Shown here piece by piece: positions 25,209 through 45,430 of a stretch of 64,000 nucleotides of DNA. Position 1 is the first letter of the stretch. The number at the start of each line of letters is the position of its first letter. This stretch comes from the human T2T-CHM13v2.0 reference genome, Homo sapiens. The stretch is from the NCBI RefSeq assembly GCF_009914755.1, contig NC_060947.1. The stretch is one strand, 5' to 3'. Position numbers and translations under genes: made by a program. The notes beneath the pieces are model-generated. The model was not told the origin of the DNA. It ran no database searches and saw nothing but the letters and a program-made list of their open reading frames with translations.

Positions 25209-28200
25209 CCTCTATTGTAGGTTCAGGGGTATATTTGCTGGTTTGTTACATAGGTAAATTGCATGTCGCAGGGATTTGGTGTACAGATAATTGCATAGCC
25301 CATGTAATAAGCATATGCAAACTATAGAAAGCATAGTACCTGATAGGTAGTTTTTCAAAATTCACCCTCCTGCCTCCCTCCACCCTCAAGTACATTCCAG
25401 TGTCTACTGTTCCCTTCTTTGTGTCCATATGTACTCAATTTTAGCTCCCACTCATAACATGCAGTATTTGCTTTTCTGTTCCTGCATTAACTCACTTAGA
25501 ATAATGGCCTCCAGCTCCCTCCATGTTGCTGCAAAGGACGTAATTTCTTTTTCATGAATGTGTAGCATTCCATGGTACACTTTCCCTTTATCCAGTCTAC
25601 CAGTGATGGGCATTTATGTTGATTCCATGTTTTTGCTATTGTGACTAGTGCTGCGTTGAACATACACATGCATGTGTCTTTATGGTAGAACTATTTATAT
25701 TCCTTTGGGTATATACCCAATAATGAGATTGGTGTGTTGAGTAGTGGTTCCATTTTAAGTTCTTTGAAAAACTGTCAAACTGCTTTCCACAATGGATTAA
25801 CTAATTTACATTCCCACCAGCGGTTTATAAGCATTCCTTTTTCTCTGCAACCATGCCAGCATCTGTTATTTTTTGACTTTTTAATAATAGCCATTCTTAC
25901 TGGTGTGAGATAGTACTTTATTGTGGTTTTGATTTGCATTTCTCTAATGACTAGTGATGTTGAGCATTTTTTATATGCCTGTTGGCCACATGTATGTCTT
26001 TTGGAAAGTGTCTGTTCATGTTCTTTGCTCACTTTTAAATGGGTTGCTTTGCTTCTTGCTTATTAATTTAAGTTCTTTATGGTTTCTGGATATTAGACCT
26101 TAGTAGGATGCATAGCTTGCAAATATTTTCTCTCATTCTGTAGATTGTCTGTTTACTCTGTTCATACTTTCTTTTGCTGTGCAGAAGCTCTTTAGTTTCA
26201 TTAAGTCTGTTTTTCAACTTTTGTTTTTGTTGCAATTGCTTATGCCAACTTCGTCATGAACTCTTTGCCAGGCCTATGTCCAGAATGGTATTTCCTAGGT
26301 TTTCTTCCAGGGTTTTTATAGTTGTAGATTTTACATTTAAGTCTTTAACCCATGTTGAATTGATTTTTGTAGATGGTGTAAGGAAAGGGTCAGTTTTAAT
26401 CTTGCATATGGGTAGCCAGTTATCCCGGAACCATTTATTTAATAGGGAGTCCTTTCTTCATTTCTTGTTTTTGTCGACTTTGTGAAAGATCAGATGGTTG
26501 TAGATGTTCATCTTTATTTCTGGATTCTCTATTCTGTTTCATCAGTCTATCTATCTGCTTTTGTACCAGTACCATGATGTTTCAGTTACTGCAGCCTTGT
26601 GGTATAGTCTGAAGTCAGTTAATGGTGATACCTCTAGCTTTATCCTTTTTGCTTAGGCTCTTTTGCAATAGGCTCTTGGCTATTTGGGCTCTTTATTTGT
26701 TCCATATGAATTTTAAAATAGTTTTTCTAATTTTGTGAAAAACGTCATTGGTAGTTTGACAGGAATAGTATTGAATATATAACTTGTTTTGGGCAATATG
26801 ACTATTTTACCAATATTGACTCTTCCTATCCTTGAGCATGAAATGTTTTTGCATTTGTTTGTGTCATCTCTATTTTCTTTCATCAATGTTTTTCATTCTC
26901 ATTGTAGAGCTCTTTCACCTTCCTGGATAGCTGTATTCCTGGGCATTTTATTGTTTTGTGGTTATTGTAAATGGGATTATGTTCCTGATTTGGCACTCAA
27001 CATGGATATTGTTGATGTATAGAAAGGCTACTGACTTTTCTTGCTTGCTTGCTTGCTTGCTTCTTTCTTGATTTTATTTTCTTTCTTTTTTCTTTCTCTT
27101 TCTTTCTTCTTTCTTTCTTTCTTTCATTCTCTTTCTCTCTTTCCTTCTTTCCTTTTTCTGAGACAGGGTCTCACTTTGTCACCCAGGCTGGAGTGCAGTG
27201 TCACAAACACCAATCACTGTATCCTTGACCCTCTGGGCTCAAGCAATCCTCCCGCCTCAGCCCCACCAAGTAGCTAGGACTACAGGCATGCACCACCAGA
27301 CCCAGACAAATTTGGTAATTTTTGTAGAGATGGTGTTTCACCATGTTGCCCAGGCTGGAGTTCCTGAGCTCAAACAATCTGCTCACCTCAGCCTTCCAAA
27401 GTGCTGGGATTACAGGCCTGAGCTACTGCGTCTGTCCAGCTACTGACTTCTCTACTTTGATATTGTGTCCTGAAACCTTGCTAAAGTTGCTAGGAGCTTT
27501 TGGGTAGAGACTATGGGGTTTTCTAGGTAAAGAATCATATCATCTGCAAAAAGAGATAGTTTTACTTCTTCTCTTTCTGGTTGGATGCCTTTCATTTCTT
27601 TCTCTTGACTGATTGATCTGGCTAGGACTCCCAGTACTATGTTGAATAGGAGCTGTGAGAGAGGACATCCTTGTCTTGTTCCAGCTCTCAAGGGAAATGC
27701 TTTCACCTTTTCCCCATTTAGTACAATGTTGGCTGTGGGTTTGTCATAGATAGCTCTTATTATTTTGAGATATGCTCTTTCAATGTAGAATTTGTTGAGG
27801 GTTTTTAATGAACAATGAAGAGATGGTGAATTTCATCAAAAACGTTTTTTGCATCTATTGAGATAATCATGTAGTTTTTCTTGTCTTAGTTCTGTTTATG
27901 TGATTAATCACATTTATTAATTTTCATATGTTGAACCAACCTTGCATTCCATGGATAAAACCTTCTTAATCATGCTGGAATAGCTTCTTCATGTGCTGCT
28001 GGATTCAGTTTGCTAGTATTTTTTGAGGATATTTGCATCTATGTTCATTAAGGATATTAGCCAGAAGTTTTCTGTTGTTGTTATGTCTCTACCAGGTTTT
28101 GGTGTCAGAAAAATGCTTGCTTCATAGAAGGAGTTAGAGAGGAGTCCCTCCTCATTTTTTTTTTAGAATAGTTTTAGTAGGAATGGTATCAGCTCTTCTT

Positions 28201-31140
28201 TACATGTCTAGTGTAATTTGGCCGTGATTCCAGCTGGTTCTGAGATTTTTCTGGCTGGTACACTTTTTATTACAGACAGATTCAATTTTGGAAGCCGTTA
28301 TTGGTCGGTTCAGGGTTTCAGTATCTTCCTGGTTCAATCTTGGAAAGTTATATGTTTCCAGGAATTTATCCATTTCTTATAAGTTTTCTAGTTTTTTTTT
28401 GCATAGAGATGTTCATAATACTCTCAGGGTTTTTTGTATTTCTATGGAGTTAATGATAATGTTCCCTTTGTCATTTCTGATTGCTTTATTTGGAACTTCT
28501 CCCCTTTTTTTCTTTATTAGTCTAGCTAGTGGTCTATCAATCCTATTTATTCTTTCAAAAAATCAACATAATATTGTTGATCTTTAGTATAGTTTTTTGT
28601 GTCTCAATTTCATTCAGTTCCATTCTGGTTTTGGTTATTTCTTGTCTTCTGCTAGCTTTGGAATTGGTTTGTCCTTTTTCTAGTTCCTTTAAGTATCATG
28701 CTAGGTTGTTAATTTTAGATCTTTCTAACTTCCTGATGTGGGCATTTAGTGCTGTAAACTTTCCTCTTAACAATGCTTAGGCTGTGTCCCAGAGATTCTG
28801 GTAGTTTGTATCTTTGTTCTCATTAATTTCAAAAATATTTCTTGATTTCTGCCTTAATTTCATTATTTGCTCAAAAGTCATTCTGGAGCAGGTCGTTTAA
28901 TGTTCATGTAATTCTATAGTTTTGATTGATATTCTTAATATTGATTTCTATTTATTGTGCTGTGGTCTGAGAACGTGGTTGGTATGATTTTTTTAAATTT
29001 GCTAACCATTGTTTTATGGCCGATTGTGTGGTTGATTTTAGAATATGTGACATGTGCATATGAGAAAAATATATATTCTGTTCATTTTGCATGGAGAGTT
29101 CTATAGATGCCTGTTAGGTCCATTTGGTCAAGTGTCAAGTTCAGGTTCCTTGTTAGTTTTCTGCCTCAATGATCTAATGCTGTCAGTGAGGGTGTGATTA
29201 TCTAAGTCTATTCATAGATCTCTAAGGTCTTGTTTTATGAATTTGGGTGCTCCTATGTTGGGTCCATATACATTTAGGATAGTTAGGATAGTTAATTCTT
29301 GTTGAATTAAACTCTTTGTCATTATTAATGCACTTCTTTGTGTTTTTCTCCATTGCTGGTTTAAAGTCTGTTTTTTTAATCTTGAAATTAGCAACCCTTG
29401 CACTTTTTTGTTTTCTGTTTGCTTGGTAGGCATTTCTCCATCCCTTTACTTTGAGTTTGTAGGTGTCATTGCTTGTCAGGTGGGTCTGTTGAAGACAGCA
29501 TACAGTTGTGGCTTGCTTCTGTACACAACTTCCCACCCTGTGCCTTTTAATTGAGGCATTTAACCTGTTTACATTCAAGGTTAATATTGATATGTGCAGA
29601 TTTGGTCCTCCCACCATGTTGTTGGCTGGTTGTTATGCAGACTTGATTGTGTAGTTGCTTTGTGGTGTCAATGATCTACGTATCTAAGGGTTTTTGTGGT
29701 GGCAAACCCTCATCTTCATTTTCCATATTTAACACTCCCTTGAGTACCTCTTGTAAGTCAGGTCTGATGGTAACAAATTCCCTTAGCATTTGCTTATCTG
29801 TAAAGGATTTTATTTCTCCTTTGCTTAGGAAGCATAGTTTAGTTGGATATGAAATTCTTGGTTGGAATTTCTTTTCTTTGAAAGTGCTTAATATAGGCCC
29901 CCATCTCTTTTGGCTTGTAGGATTTCTTCTGAAAGGTCCACTGTTAGCCTGATAGGCTGCCTTTTATAGGTGACTTGTCCCTTCTCTCTAGCTGCCTTTA
30001 ATATTTTTTCTTTCATTTTGATGTTGGAGAATTTGATGACTATGTGTCTTGCAGATGGTCTCTTGTATCATATCTCACAGGGGTTTTCCACCTTTCCTAA
30101 ATTTAAATGTTGGCCTCTCTAGCAAGGTTGGGAAATTTTTCATTGATAATATCCTCAAATATGTTTTTTGAAGTTTCTTGCTTTCACTTCTCTTTCAGAG
30201 ATGCCAATGAGTTGTAAATTTGGTCTCTTTACATAATCTCATATTTCTCAGAGGTTTTGTTCATTCTTTTTTCTTTATTTTTGTCTGAGTAAATTTGAAG
30301 AACTTGTCTTCAAGCTCTATGAGTCTTTCCTCAGCTTGGTACATTCTGCTGTTAATACTTGCAATTTTGTTATGAAATTACCGTAGTGAGTTTTTCAGCT
30401 CTACCAAATCAGTTTGGTACAATGGTCATTTTTCTTTTAGCTCCTGTATCATTTTATTGTGTTCATTAGCTTCTTTGGCTTGGGTTTTGAATATCTCCTG
30501 AATTTCCATGATCTTCATTCCTATTCATATTCTGAATTCTATGTCTGTCATTTCAGTCATTTCAGCCTGGTTAAGAAGCATTGCTGGGAAGGTAGTGTTG
30601 TCATTTGGAGGTAAGAAGACACTGGCTTTTAGAGTTTTCAGAGTTCTTGCACTGGTTCTTTCTCATTTATGTGGACTAACATTCCTTTCATGTTTGAAGT
30701 TGCTGTCCTTTGGATGGGGTTTTTTGCTTTTATCTTCTTTGATGTCCTTGGATGTTTGATTGTGGTATAAGGTGGGTTCAGTCAATTGGGTTCATTTATG
30801 GAAAATTTTAGGGGGCCAAGACTCAGCTGAGCACTCCTGGGCTGCACGCTCTAACACTGAGGGGCTAGTACTGAGCCCTTGGCTTTGTTCTCTGGCCCTT
30901 CAAGATTAGGAACCTGCTGTGCTGGAGAGGCTGATGTGTCTAATCCTCTCGCTACAGCACTCCGATGGAAGATGCTAGCCAAAACACTTTGTTAGGGCAG
31001 TGGCAGCAGGTTCTGTGCTCATGTGCATATGCCATTATCCACGGTGTTGCAGCAGAGTGCAAACACATCAACTGGGACAGAGCACCAGTGGAAGCAGAAC
31101 AGCAGCATCCATACACGCATTTGTACCAGTGGTGGTGGCA
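25209..31140 (-). mobile_element. Near full-length decayed LINE-1 (L1PA13-16-like), minus strand
   Basis: Minus-strand ORF2 fragments (27452..27706 [27 protein letters not shown]; 29222..29617 ISILTLNVNRLNA). ORF1 region near 29700-30600, 3' UTR at the left end. Confidence 0.9.
27040..27438 (-). mobile_element. AluJ-type element with (TTTC)n-expanded tail
   Basis: Reverse Alu (GAGACAGGGTCTCACT...CCAAAGTGCTGGGATTACAGG). TSD GCTACTGACTT at 27027-27037 and 27439-27449. Confidence 0.9.
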
Positions 31141-31850
31141 AAAAAAAAAAAAAAAAAGGTTACTTTAATTAAAGATAGTAACTAATGTAGATGATTGATT
31201 GTGTTGAGTACAGTACTTGAGAGTTACATGTATGAAAACAAGAAAATAGATGTGATTTTCTATTTATTTTTTAAGTTTTAAAAAGTTATTATGGTTCATT
31301 CAAATGATAGATTAATTATGGGTATTATTTTTAATCTACCAAGAAGATAATTATATTTAAAGCTATAAAGCTTTACTTTATTACCTATTTATATACTTTT
31401 ATGTCTGAATATGCCTAAATGCATTTAAAAAAGGTTTATTAAAAGAGCTTTTGCTATTATTTTTAAATAAATAATGTACCAAAAGAAGAAAAATAGAATT
31501 TGGATTTTTTCTATAAAATGTCTATGTTATTTTATGCCCAAATTAGTAGAGGTTCCTTTTTGTCATTACATGATTATATTAACTCTCAGTGCTTTTAGCA
31601 TAGTCTGAAATCATTTTTTTGAGATTCCCTTAGATAGCACTGACCTAGTTTTTTGTGCTCATTTTAAAAACCGCAATGAAAGACCTAAATTCACTCTTAA
31701 AATATAAGCCATTGCCAGAAATTAAATTATCTCAGATGACTAAAATAATTACTTTTACCCTGGCCTAGAAGCTGGGAGAAATCAAAAGCAAATATTTACA
31801 TAGACAGTAGATGATGGTAGATATAAATATTTATATAGATAGTAGTTCAC

Positions 31851-32254
31851 TGATATGGTTTGGATTTGTGTCCCTGCCCCAATCTCATGTCAAATTGTAA
31901 TCCCCAATGCTGGAGGAGGTCCCCAATGTTGGAGGAGGGACCTGGTTGGAGGCGATTGGATCATGCAGGCAGATTTTCCCCTTGCTGTTCTCATGATAGT
32001 GAGTTATCACAAGATTTGGTTGTTTAAAACTGTGTAGCACCACCCCTCTTTGCTCTCTTCCTTCTTCTCCAGCCATGTAGGATGTGCCTGCTTCTCCCTC
32101 ACCTTCCGCCTTGAGTGAAAGTTTCCTGAGGCCTCCCCAGCCATGCTTTCTATACAGCCTGAAGAGCCATGAGCCAATTAAACCTCTTTTCTTTATAAAT
32201 TACCCAGTCTCAGGTAGTTCTTTATAGCAATGCTATAAAGAACAGTCCAATACA
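31851..32254 (+). mobile_element. MSTA/MSTB-type MaLR solo LTR
   Basis: TGATATGGTTTGGATTTGTGTCCC...AATTAAACCTCTTTTCTTTATAAATTACCCAGTCTCAGG...AATACA. TSD TTCAC/TCCAC. Confidence 0.9.
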
Positions 32255-32499
32255 TCCACCAATTTGGAAATCTAAAATACTTTGGAAACAAAAAAGTTTT
32301 TAACCTTGATTAAAAGCAAAAAAATAAAAATAAGACAACCAGTTGAAGTACTTTTAGGTGCTTTGTTGTTTTCAAAATAGTTATTATTAACTGTGAGAGG
32401 TAAGTCTCTGATTTAAAAAAAAGGAAATGAAAAAAGTTAAGATACTCATCACACAATATAATATTTGGCTCTCTCAGGATATCCAACTGATAGCACCAA

Positions 32500-33480
32500 A
32501 TAATTTAAAATGAATTTAGCAAAAATGTTTCATGACATTACCTATAATAACAAAGATAAGCTGGCAACAATATTAAATTATCATTGTTGGGGAAATTTTA
32601 GAGGTGTTTCAGAGCTTGTTCCAAAATATGTCCCACCTGCCAACAACGTAATTCTGGTAAAACTGGAGAGGTGAAATATGGACAGAAAACAACCTTCTGA
32701 GGGCCTATTAAACACCTTCAAAAGGACTTTATATAAATGCCTCCTGAAATAGGTTGTTAATAGGTTCTGGTTATTACTTGTTTATTCTCTGGACATTATT
32801 TGTTTATTAAAACTTTTCCTTGCTGGAGAGCTACTATCTTATTGACCACTTCCGTTTCCCAAAATGTTTAATTTCCTTTTCCAACCTGAGATACTCTCAT
32901 TTATCTCTCTAATGACAGAGATGCCCATTTTACTAGTAATGTTATTAAGAAATTCTATAAATTTGGCCGTACGCGGTGGCTCACGCCTGTAATCCCAGCA
33001 CTTTGGGAGGCCGAGGTGGGAGGATCACGAGGTCTGGAGATAGAGACCACCCTGACTAACACAGTGAAACCCCGTCTCTACCAAAAATACAAAAAATATT
33101 AGCCGGACGTGCTGGCGGGTGCCTGTAGTCCCAGCTACTCAGGAGAATGGCTGAACCCGGGAGGCGGAGCTTGCAGTGAGCCGAGATCGCACCACTGCAC
33201 TCCAGCCTCGGCGACAGAGCGAGACTCCATTTCAAAAAAAAAAGAAAGAAAGAAATTCTATAAATTTTTGCCTTTTACCAGAATATTCGCTATTTTATCT
33301 ACAGTTTTAGAAAAAATAGAAAGGACTAATAGAATTCTAAAACTGAAATTAAAAACACTCTCAGAAACCCTTGAATTCTCATGTCCTAAAGTATTACCAT
33401 TACCTTTAATATACTAACAAAATTAACCTCCTCTGGGATCCACAAGTTATCTCCTCATAAAATAATAATGGTCCACACTA
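32500..33480 (+). pseudogene. ERV pol integrase remnant, split by an AluY
   Basis: CPTCQQ zinc-finger-like motif (about 32629), HLQKDFI and LVITCLFSG core-like motifs (32710-32795), and EKIERTNRILKLKL...PKVLPL at the end of ORF 33109..33417. Confidence 0.75.
32965..33249 (+). mobile_element. AluY-type element with a small internal deletion
   Basis: CpG-rich, AluY diagnostics (GGAGAATGG, GGCGGAGCTTGCAGTGAGCCGAGATCGC). 18-bp TSD AAGAAATTCTATAAATTT. Confidence 0.93.
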
Positions 33481-34348
33481 TGCATTTGATATTACAAGCA
33501 GATATAATTAATCACTTCAAGGGACTCATATGATACCTCCACCTTTACCATCAAGTACAAGCTACATTTTCAAAACAGTCACCTAAATAGCTTCTACATG
33601 ATCTGCAGCCTTGAGAGTCAATTTCTTGGAAAAGACTACAGAAAACTGTGCCCTTGAGCCCTGATGAATATGATCTTATCAGATACTGTTAACAACTGAC
33701 ACAGCAATAAAACTCCAAGGTATAGATTCTTAGCTTCATCATCTTTCACAGGTCAAAAATATCTGTATTTTTTTTCTCCAGACTACTAAACATTCATTAC
33801 ATCTAGAAATCATAAACTGAGAATTCTTAGGAATCCCCTGGAATCTACTGACTTCAGAAATAGACAGTTTCTGCCCAGGACAATGAAAAAAGATTAATTT
33901 TCTGATTCTTCAACATTTTTCCTTTCCCTCTACTACTAATCCGTCTTATTCTTCCACTTTTGTATCCTTTAAAATACTAATGGGATCTCCCTTATCATCA
34001 TCCTATTACCTCCAACCACTATGATCTCCTACCACTTAAGAGAAAGCAAAACCCACTTACATATTTTTCACAGGCTATAGCTACTGCTCTGAATCTAATA
34101 CTTTGCTGGACTTGTCATTCTTTATTTTACTCTCTAGACAAAAATTTAATGGCTGTTCTTTTAAATATTTCAAAAGACAAATTGCCCTTAACAAACTCCT
34201 CCTGCTACTTATGTTTTCCTCACATCATTAATCCCAAATTTAATCTTGTAAAAATTAAAGCTTGACCTCACATGGACAAAATGCTGAGGTCATTACAATC
34301 CTATAAGCAAGACCTAGTTTGTCAGAAATAGGTGCAAATGCTGAGATT

Positions 34349-37160
<2,812 letters not shown>

Positions 37161-37464
37161 AACACAGACTGAGATTATTCTGGCTCTGACTCAGTTTGTT
37201 CTCTTCAGACAAATAAGCTTTTTTTTTTTTTTAACAAAAACTGCTTGATTTGAAATCTGCACACATTGAGAGACACAAAATTCATTCTCTTCTATTATAA
37301 CAAATGATACTTATGCTCTCAATACAAACTATGCTCCATTAGGATACTATATCTTACATGGATGTCAGGCTTACACCTGTCCACCACACACTAACTTATT
37401 CTGTGTATTAGCAGCAATTGTTAGAGATGTCTAGATACCTAAAACAGATTTCTACTCTGGGAGC

Positions 37465-37783
37465 CCAAAAACAAATCTAAATTCATTAACTGGGATTATA
37501 ATTGACAACTGTATAGCTTTGATTTCCTTTTAGCCTGCCAAGGGAGAGTTTGTGTTATAGCAAATACTTTTTTGTTGCATCTTTATAAATACTAATGGCA
37601 AGTGGAACAGACTTTGAGCAGGATAAAAGAAAAAGCACCTGGCATTCTAAAACAGACCCTGCTGGATTTGGGGACGTGTTTTCAGTGACTGGGTGTCATA
37701 TCATAGCTACATGGCTTCAAGACCTGTTACAAGGACTAATAGTCATTTTGTTTCTGACAACTGCCTGTGTTACAGTTGTCTAA
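37465..37783 (+). pseudogene. ERV env transmembrane-subunit remnant (ISD, CX6CC, TM anchor), frameshifted
   Basis: Manual translation from 37471 with two 1-nt frameshifts gives NLNSLTGIIIDNCIA-DFLLACQGRVCVIANTF-CCIFINTNG. ORF 37595..37783 ends in the hydrophobic WLQDLLQGLIVILFLTTACVTVV. Confidence 0.8.
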
Positions 37784-38018
37784 TATATCTTATCCAGAAT
37801 CTTAAACACTACTAAGCAGCCATAGTCATGTCTGATGGTTCAAAAATTAATTCCACAACAGACGGAGAACAAAGATTCACCCCAGTTTAACTATAGATGA
37901 CATTCATTGGATGTTCTTCTTATTTTATCAACAAAATATTGGTAATGATGAAAATCTGCATATCATGGATTAATATCCTGCATCCTGACTTCATGTGTCT
38001 TTGGCCATAAGGGGGAAC

Positions 38019-38434
38019 TGAGAAAGAAAATAACCAAACCCTAGCATCCAGAACTAACCCGACATTCACAGCTATATCTCAAAATTATTAAAAACTAATC
38101 TGACATTATAACCAGGCCATTTTGTCCTCCTGTTGGGCATAAACAATCTCAAAGAACACAACCTCAGACAAGGCTACTCTGAGACCACAATAGAATGAAA
38201 CAAAAAAAGGGCATTTCATAATTTTGTCTAAGCAAAGACTGAAACAAAGTCATAAAATTGTCACCACTTTCTAACAGCATCCAATCTAGGCAAACCCCCA
38301 TTTCCTTCCACCCTCCTTTAAATCACCCAACAAAGCCCAAATCCTATAATAGGTTCTTTCTAACACCCTCTTACTGGGACATTCCCTGGCCCCTATAGTG
38401 TTTATCCTTCCTAACTGCAAGGAGTAATAAACCC
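38019..38434 (+). mobile_element. 3' LTR of the same ERV1 provirus, truncated after AATAAA
   Basis: Preceded by polypurine tract AAGGGGGAA (38009-38017), starts TG, homologous to 10317-10810. Confidence 0.82.
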
Positions 38435-38480
38435 TAGCATCACATAGTAGGTTCTCAATGAATATATGTTGAAAGAAAAA
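38435..38480 (+). mobile_element. L2 extreme 3' end (right half of the L2 split by the ERV)
   Basis: CACATAGTAGGTTCTCAATGAATATATGTTGAA matches the L2 terminus. Confidence 0.7.
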
Positions 38481-38499
38481 ATCATACAATCTTCCTTCT

Positions 38500-38830
38500 T
38501 TTCCCACTTCCTTTACTCAAGAAGACCTTGGAGTTGCCAAATCCAGTGGCTTTTCTTAGATTAAATCCTCTTCAACCTAACGAAACCCATCAAACTGTTG
38601 ACTGCTCTCTTCCACCCTTCCTACTATCCATGATGCTACTCTTTCCAGGTCTCTTATCTTTCTAATTCCTTCGGTGCCTTCTATTGTCATTCCTTTCTTA
38701 GATATTGGAAATTTATAAGATTCTACACACTCTGCTTGGAGGATTTTATTTATTCCTAGGGCTTCAACTACCATGAATTTTGAGTGATTTCAAAATTTTT
38801 ATTTCCTCCCAAGATCTTTCTTCTGCCTGC
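38500..38830 (+). mobile_element. L2 internal fragment
   Basis: GTTGCCAAATCCAGTGG...GGCTTCAACTACCAT...CAAAATTTTTATTTCCTCCC resemble L2 motifs. Confidence 0.55.
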
Positions 38831-40004
38831 CCACTAACTCCACCTGGAGACACCAACCAACAACTGGAAAGCCATTATCCTCTTCACTTTTTTTTTTTTA
38901 CAATACTTGCTTGGAATTCATTGCTTAAGAATTATATCCTTCTGTGCTGGAACATCCCTGCCTCTTACAACTCACGTCAGTTAGATACCATTACCCAATA
39001 AGGACCACCATCTAAAACATGATGTGCCACAGTCTGAATTTTGTTTTGGCTCAAGATAATTCTTTTTATAAACTCAATTCTGAAAAATAGAAATGCTGAA
39101 AATCAAACATTATCTGCAGTGGTAACAGTCTGACTTCTAAACTGCTATGTAATAGAAGAACAATAGACCTTGATATTTAAGGGAGAAATGCCCCAAAACC
39201 TTTATAAACTCCCAAATTATAAATACTTTTTTAAATTTTATTATTATTATATTTTAAGTTTTAGGGTACATGTGCACAACGTGCAAGCTTGTTACATATG
39301 TATACATGTGCCATGCTGCTGTGCTGCACCCATTAACTCGCCATTTAGCATTAGGTATCTCTCCTAATGCTATCCTTCCCCCCTCCCCCCACCCCACAAC
39401 AGTCCCCGGTGTGTGATGTTCCCCTTCCTGTGTCCATGTGTTCTCATTGTTCAATTCCCACCTATGAGTGAGAACATGTGGTGTTTGGTTTTTTGTCCTT
39501 GCGATAGTTTGCTGAGAATGATGGTTTCCAGTTTCATCCATGTCCCTACAAAGGACATGAACTCATCCTTTTTTATGGCTGCATAGTATTCCATGGTGTA
39601 TATGTGCCACATTTTCTTAATGCAGTCTATCGTTGTTGGACATTTGGGTTGGTTCCAAGTCTTTGCTATTGTGAATAGTGCCGCAATAAACATACATGTT
39701 CATGTGTCTTTATAGCAGCATGATTTATAATCCTTCGGGTGTATACCCAGTAATGGGATGGCTGGGTCAAATGGTATTTCCAGTTCTCGATCCCTGAGGA
39801 ATCGCCACATTGATTTCCACAATGGTTGAACTAGTTTACACTCCCACCAACAGTGTAAAAGTGTTCCTATTTCTCCACATCCTCTCCAGCACCTGTTGTT
39901 TCCTGACTCTTTAATGATTGCCATTCTGACTGGTGTGAGATGGTATCTCATTGTGGTTTTGATTTGCATTTCTCTGATGGCCAGTGATGATGAGCATTTT
40001 TTCA

Positions 40005-40319
<315 letters not shown>

Positions 40320-40376
40320 CTAAATGGTAATGCCTAGGTTTTCTTCTAGGGTTTTTATGGTTTTAGGTCTAACATG

Positions 40377-41232
<856 letters not shown>

Positions 41233-41235
41233 CTA

Positions 41236-41993
<758 letters not shown>

Positions 41994-42059
41994 AAACATG
42001 CCAAATTGTAAAGACCATCAAGGCTAAGAAGAAACTGCATCAATTCATGAGCAAAATAG

Positions 42060-43718
<1,659 letters not shown>

Positions 43719-43721
43719 TGA

Positions 43722-43958
<237 letters not shown>

Positions 43959-44007
43959 TAAATACTAAGATGTAATATAAGATGCAAAAGAAAAAGCACC
44001 CATCGAT

Positions 44008-44192
44008 CACTGGCTATGTGCCTGGCGTGGTGTCAAAATCTTCTATACGCACCATCTTCTTTAATCTTCATAACAACTCTATGAATCCCTAGAAGCAGTG
44101 GAACTACTTCTTAACCCTAGAGAGGTTAAGAAACTTACCCAAGGTTATATAGATAGAAAGTAGTGAAACCAGTATTTAAACCCAAGCTGTCT
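44008..44192 (-). mobile_element. MIR
   Basis: TTAATCTTCATAACAACTCTATGA...AGAGAGGTTAAGAAACTTACCCAAGGT is the reverse MIR core. Confidence 0.75.
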
Positions 44193-44194
44193 TG

Positions 44195-45430
44195 GAGGAG
44201 GCAATGATCTTTTAAACAGAATACAAAACGTGTTAGCCATTAAAAAAAATACATTAGAGCATGTTATGATTAAGGAATTCTGTTCATTAAAAGAGATCAA
44301 CAATCATTACATATTTTATGCTTGTATCAAAATATTACATGTACCTCATAAATATATACAACAATTATGTATTGTTCTTCTATTACATATAGCAGTTTAG
44401 AAGTCAGACTGTTACCACTGCAGATAACGTTTGATTTTCAGCATTTCTATAAAATTTCCATAAAAATTAAAAATTTTCTTAAAACAAATTAAAGATATCA
44501 ATAAGTAAAAAAGTATATATTTGCAATGCATATATTTGACAAAAGATTCATATCCAGAATACATAAAGAGCCCTTACAAATCAATGACAAAAGACATCTA
44601 AAAGACAAACAAAACAAGATGTACAATGGCCAGTCAACATATATTGAAAAGATTCTCAATTTCATTAGTCATCAGAGAAATGCAAAAGGAAACCATAATG
44701 AGAGGTCACCACATGATCACCACATTGGCTAAAATAAAAAATACCAAAATGCCAAGTGTTGGTGAGAATTTAGAGCAACTAGAACACTCATACACTGCTG
44801 GTGGAAATGCAAAGTGGTACAACCACTTTGAAAAAGTGTTTGGCAACAACTATTATATTTGAATATATGCACACAAAATGACACAGCAGTTTCATTCCTA
44901 AATATATAACAACAGAAATACATGCATGTTCACTACAAAGAATATAAAGAAATGGTTATAGCAGCATTATTCATAATTGCCAATAATTGCAAACTAATAA
45001 CCATGAATAGTACAATGAATTGAATAAATAAATTTTGGTATATTTACACAATGTAATACTATACAGCAATGAGAGTTAACCAACAACAACTATTGTAACA
45101 ATACGAATGGATATCACAAACATAATGTTGAGTGAAAATAATCACGAAGAGTAGATATGGTGTGATTTCATTTATATAAGTTACAAAACCAAGCAAAAGT
45201 AATCTGTGATGTTAGAAGTAAGGATAATAGTTTCTACTGGAGGGGGTGTGGTTACTGGAAGGGATCCTGGGGGTGGTCCTTCTGGGGGTGCTGCTAATGT
45301 TCTGTCTCTTGATCTGAGTGCTATTGCATGGGTGTATTCATTCTGTGAAATTCAGTGAGCTCTGCACATATGATTTGTGCATTTTTCAGTATGCATGCTA
45401 TATTTCAATAAAAACAAAACAAGACAAAAA
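44195..45430 (+). mobile_element. Ancient L1 (L1ME/L1MD-like) 3' end containing a small L1MA 3' fragment (about 44300-44487)
   Basis: ORFs 44526 and 44626 are ORF2 C-terminal-like. The 3' UTR TCTTGATCTGAGTGC...GCATGCTATATTTCAATAAAAA is L1ME-type. Confidence 0.78.
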
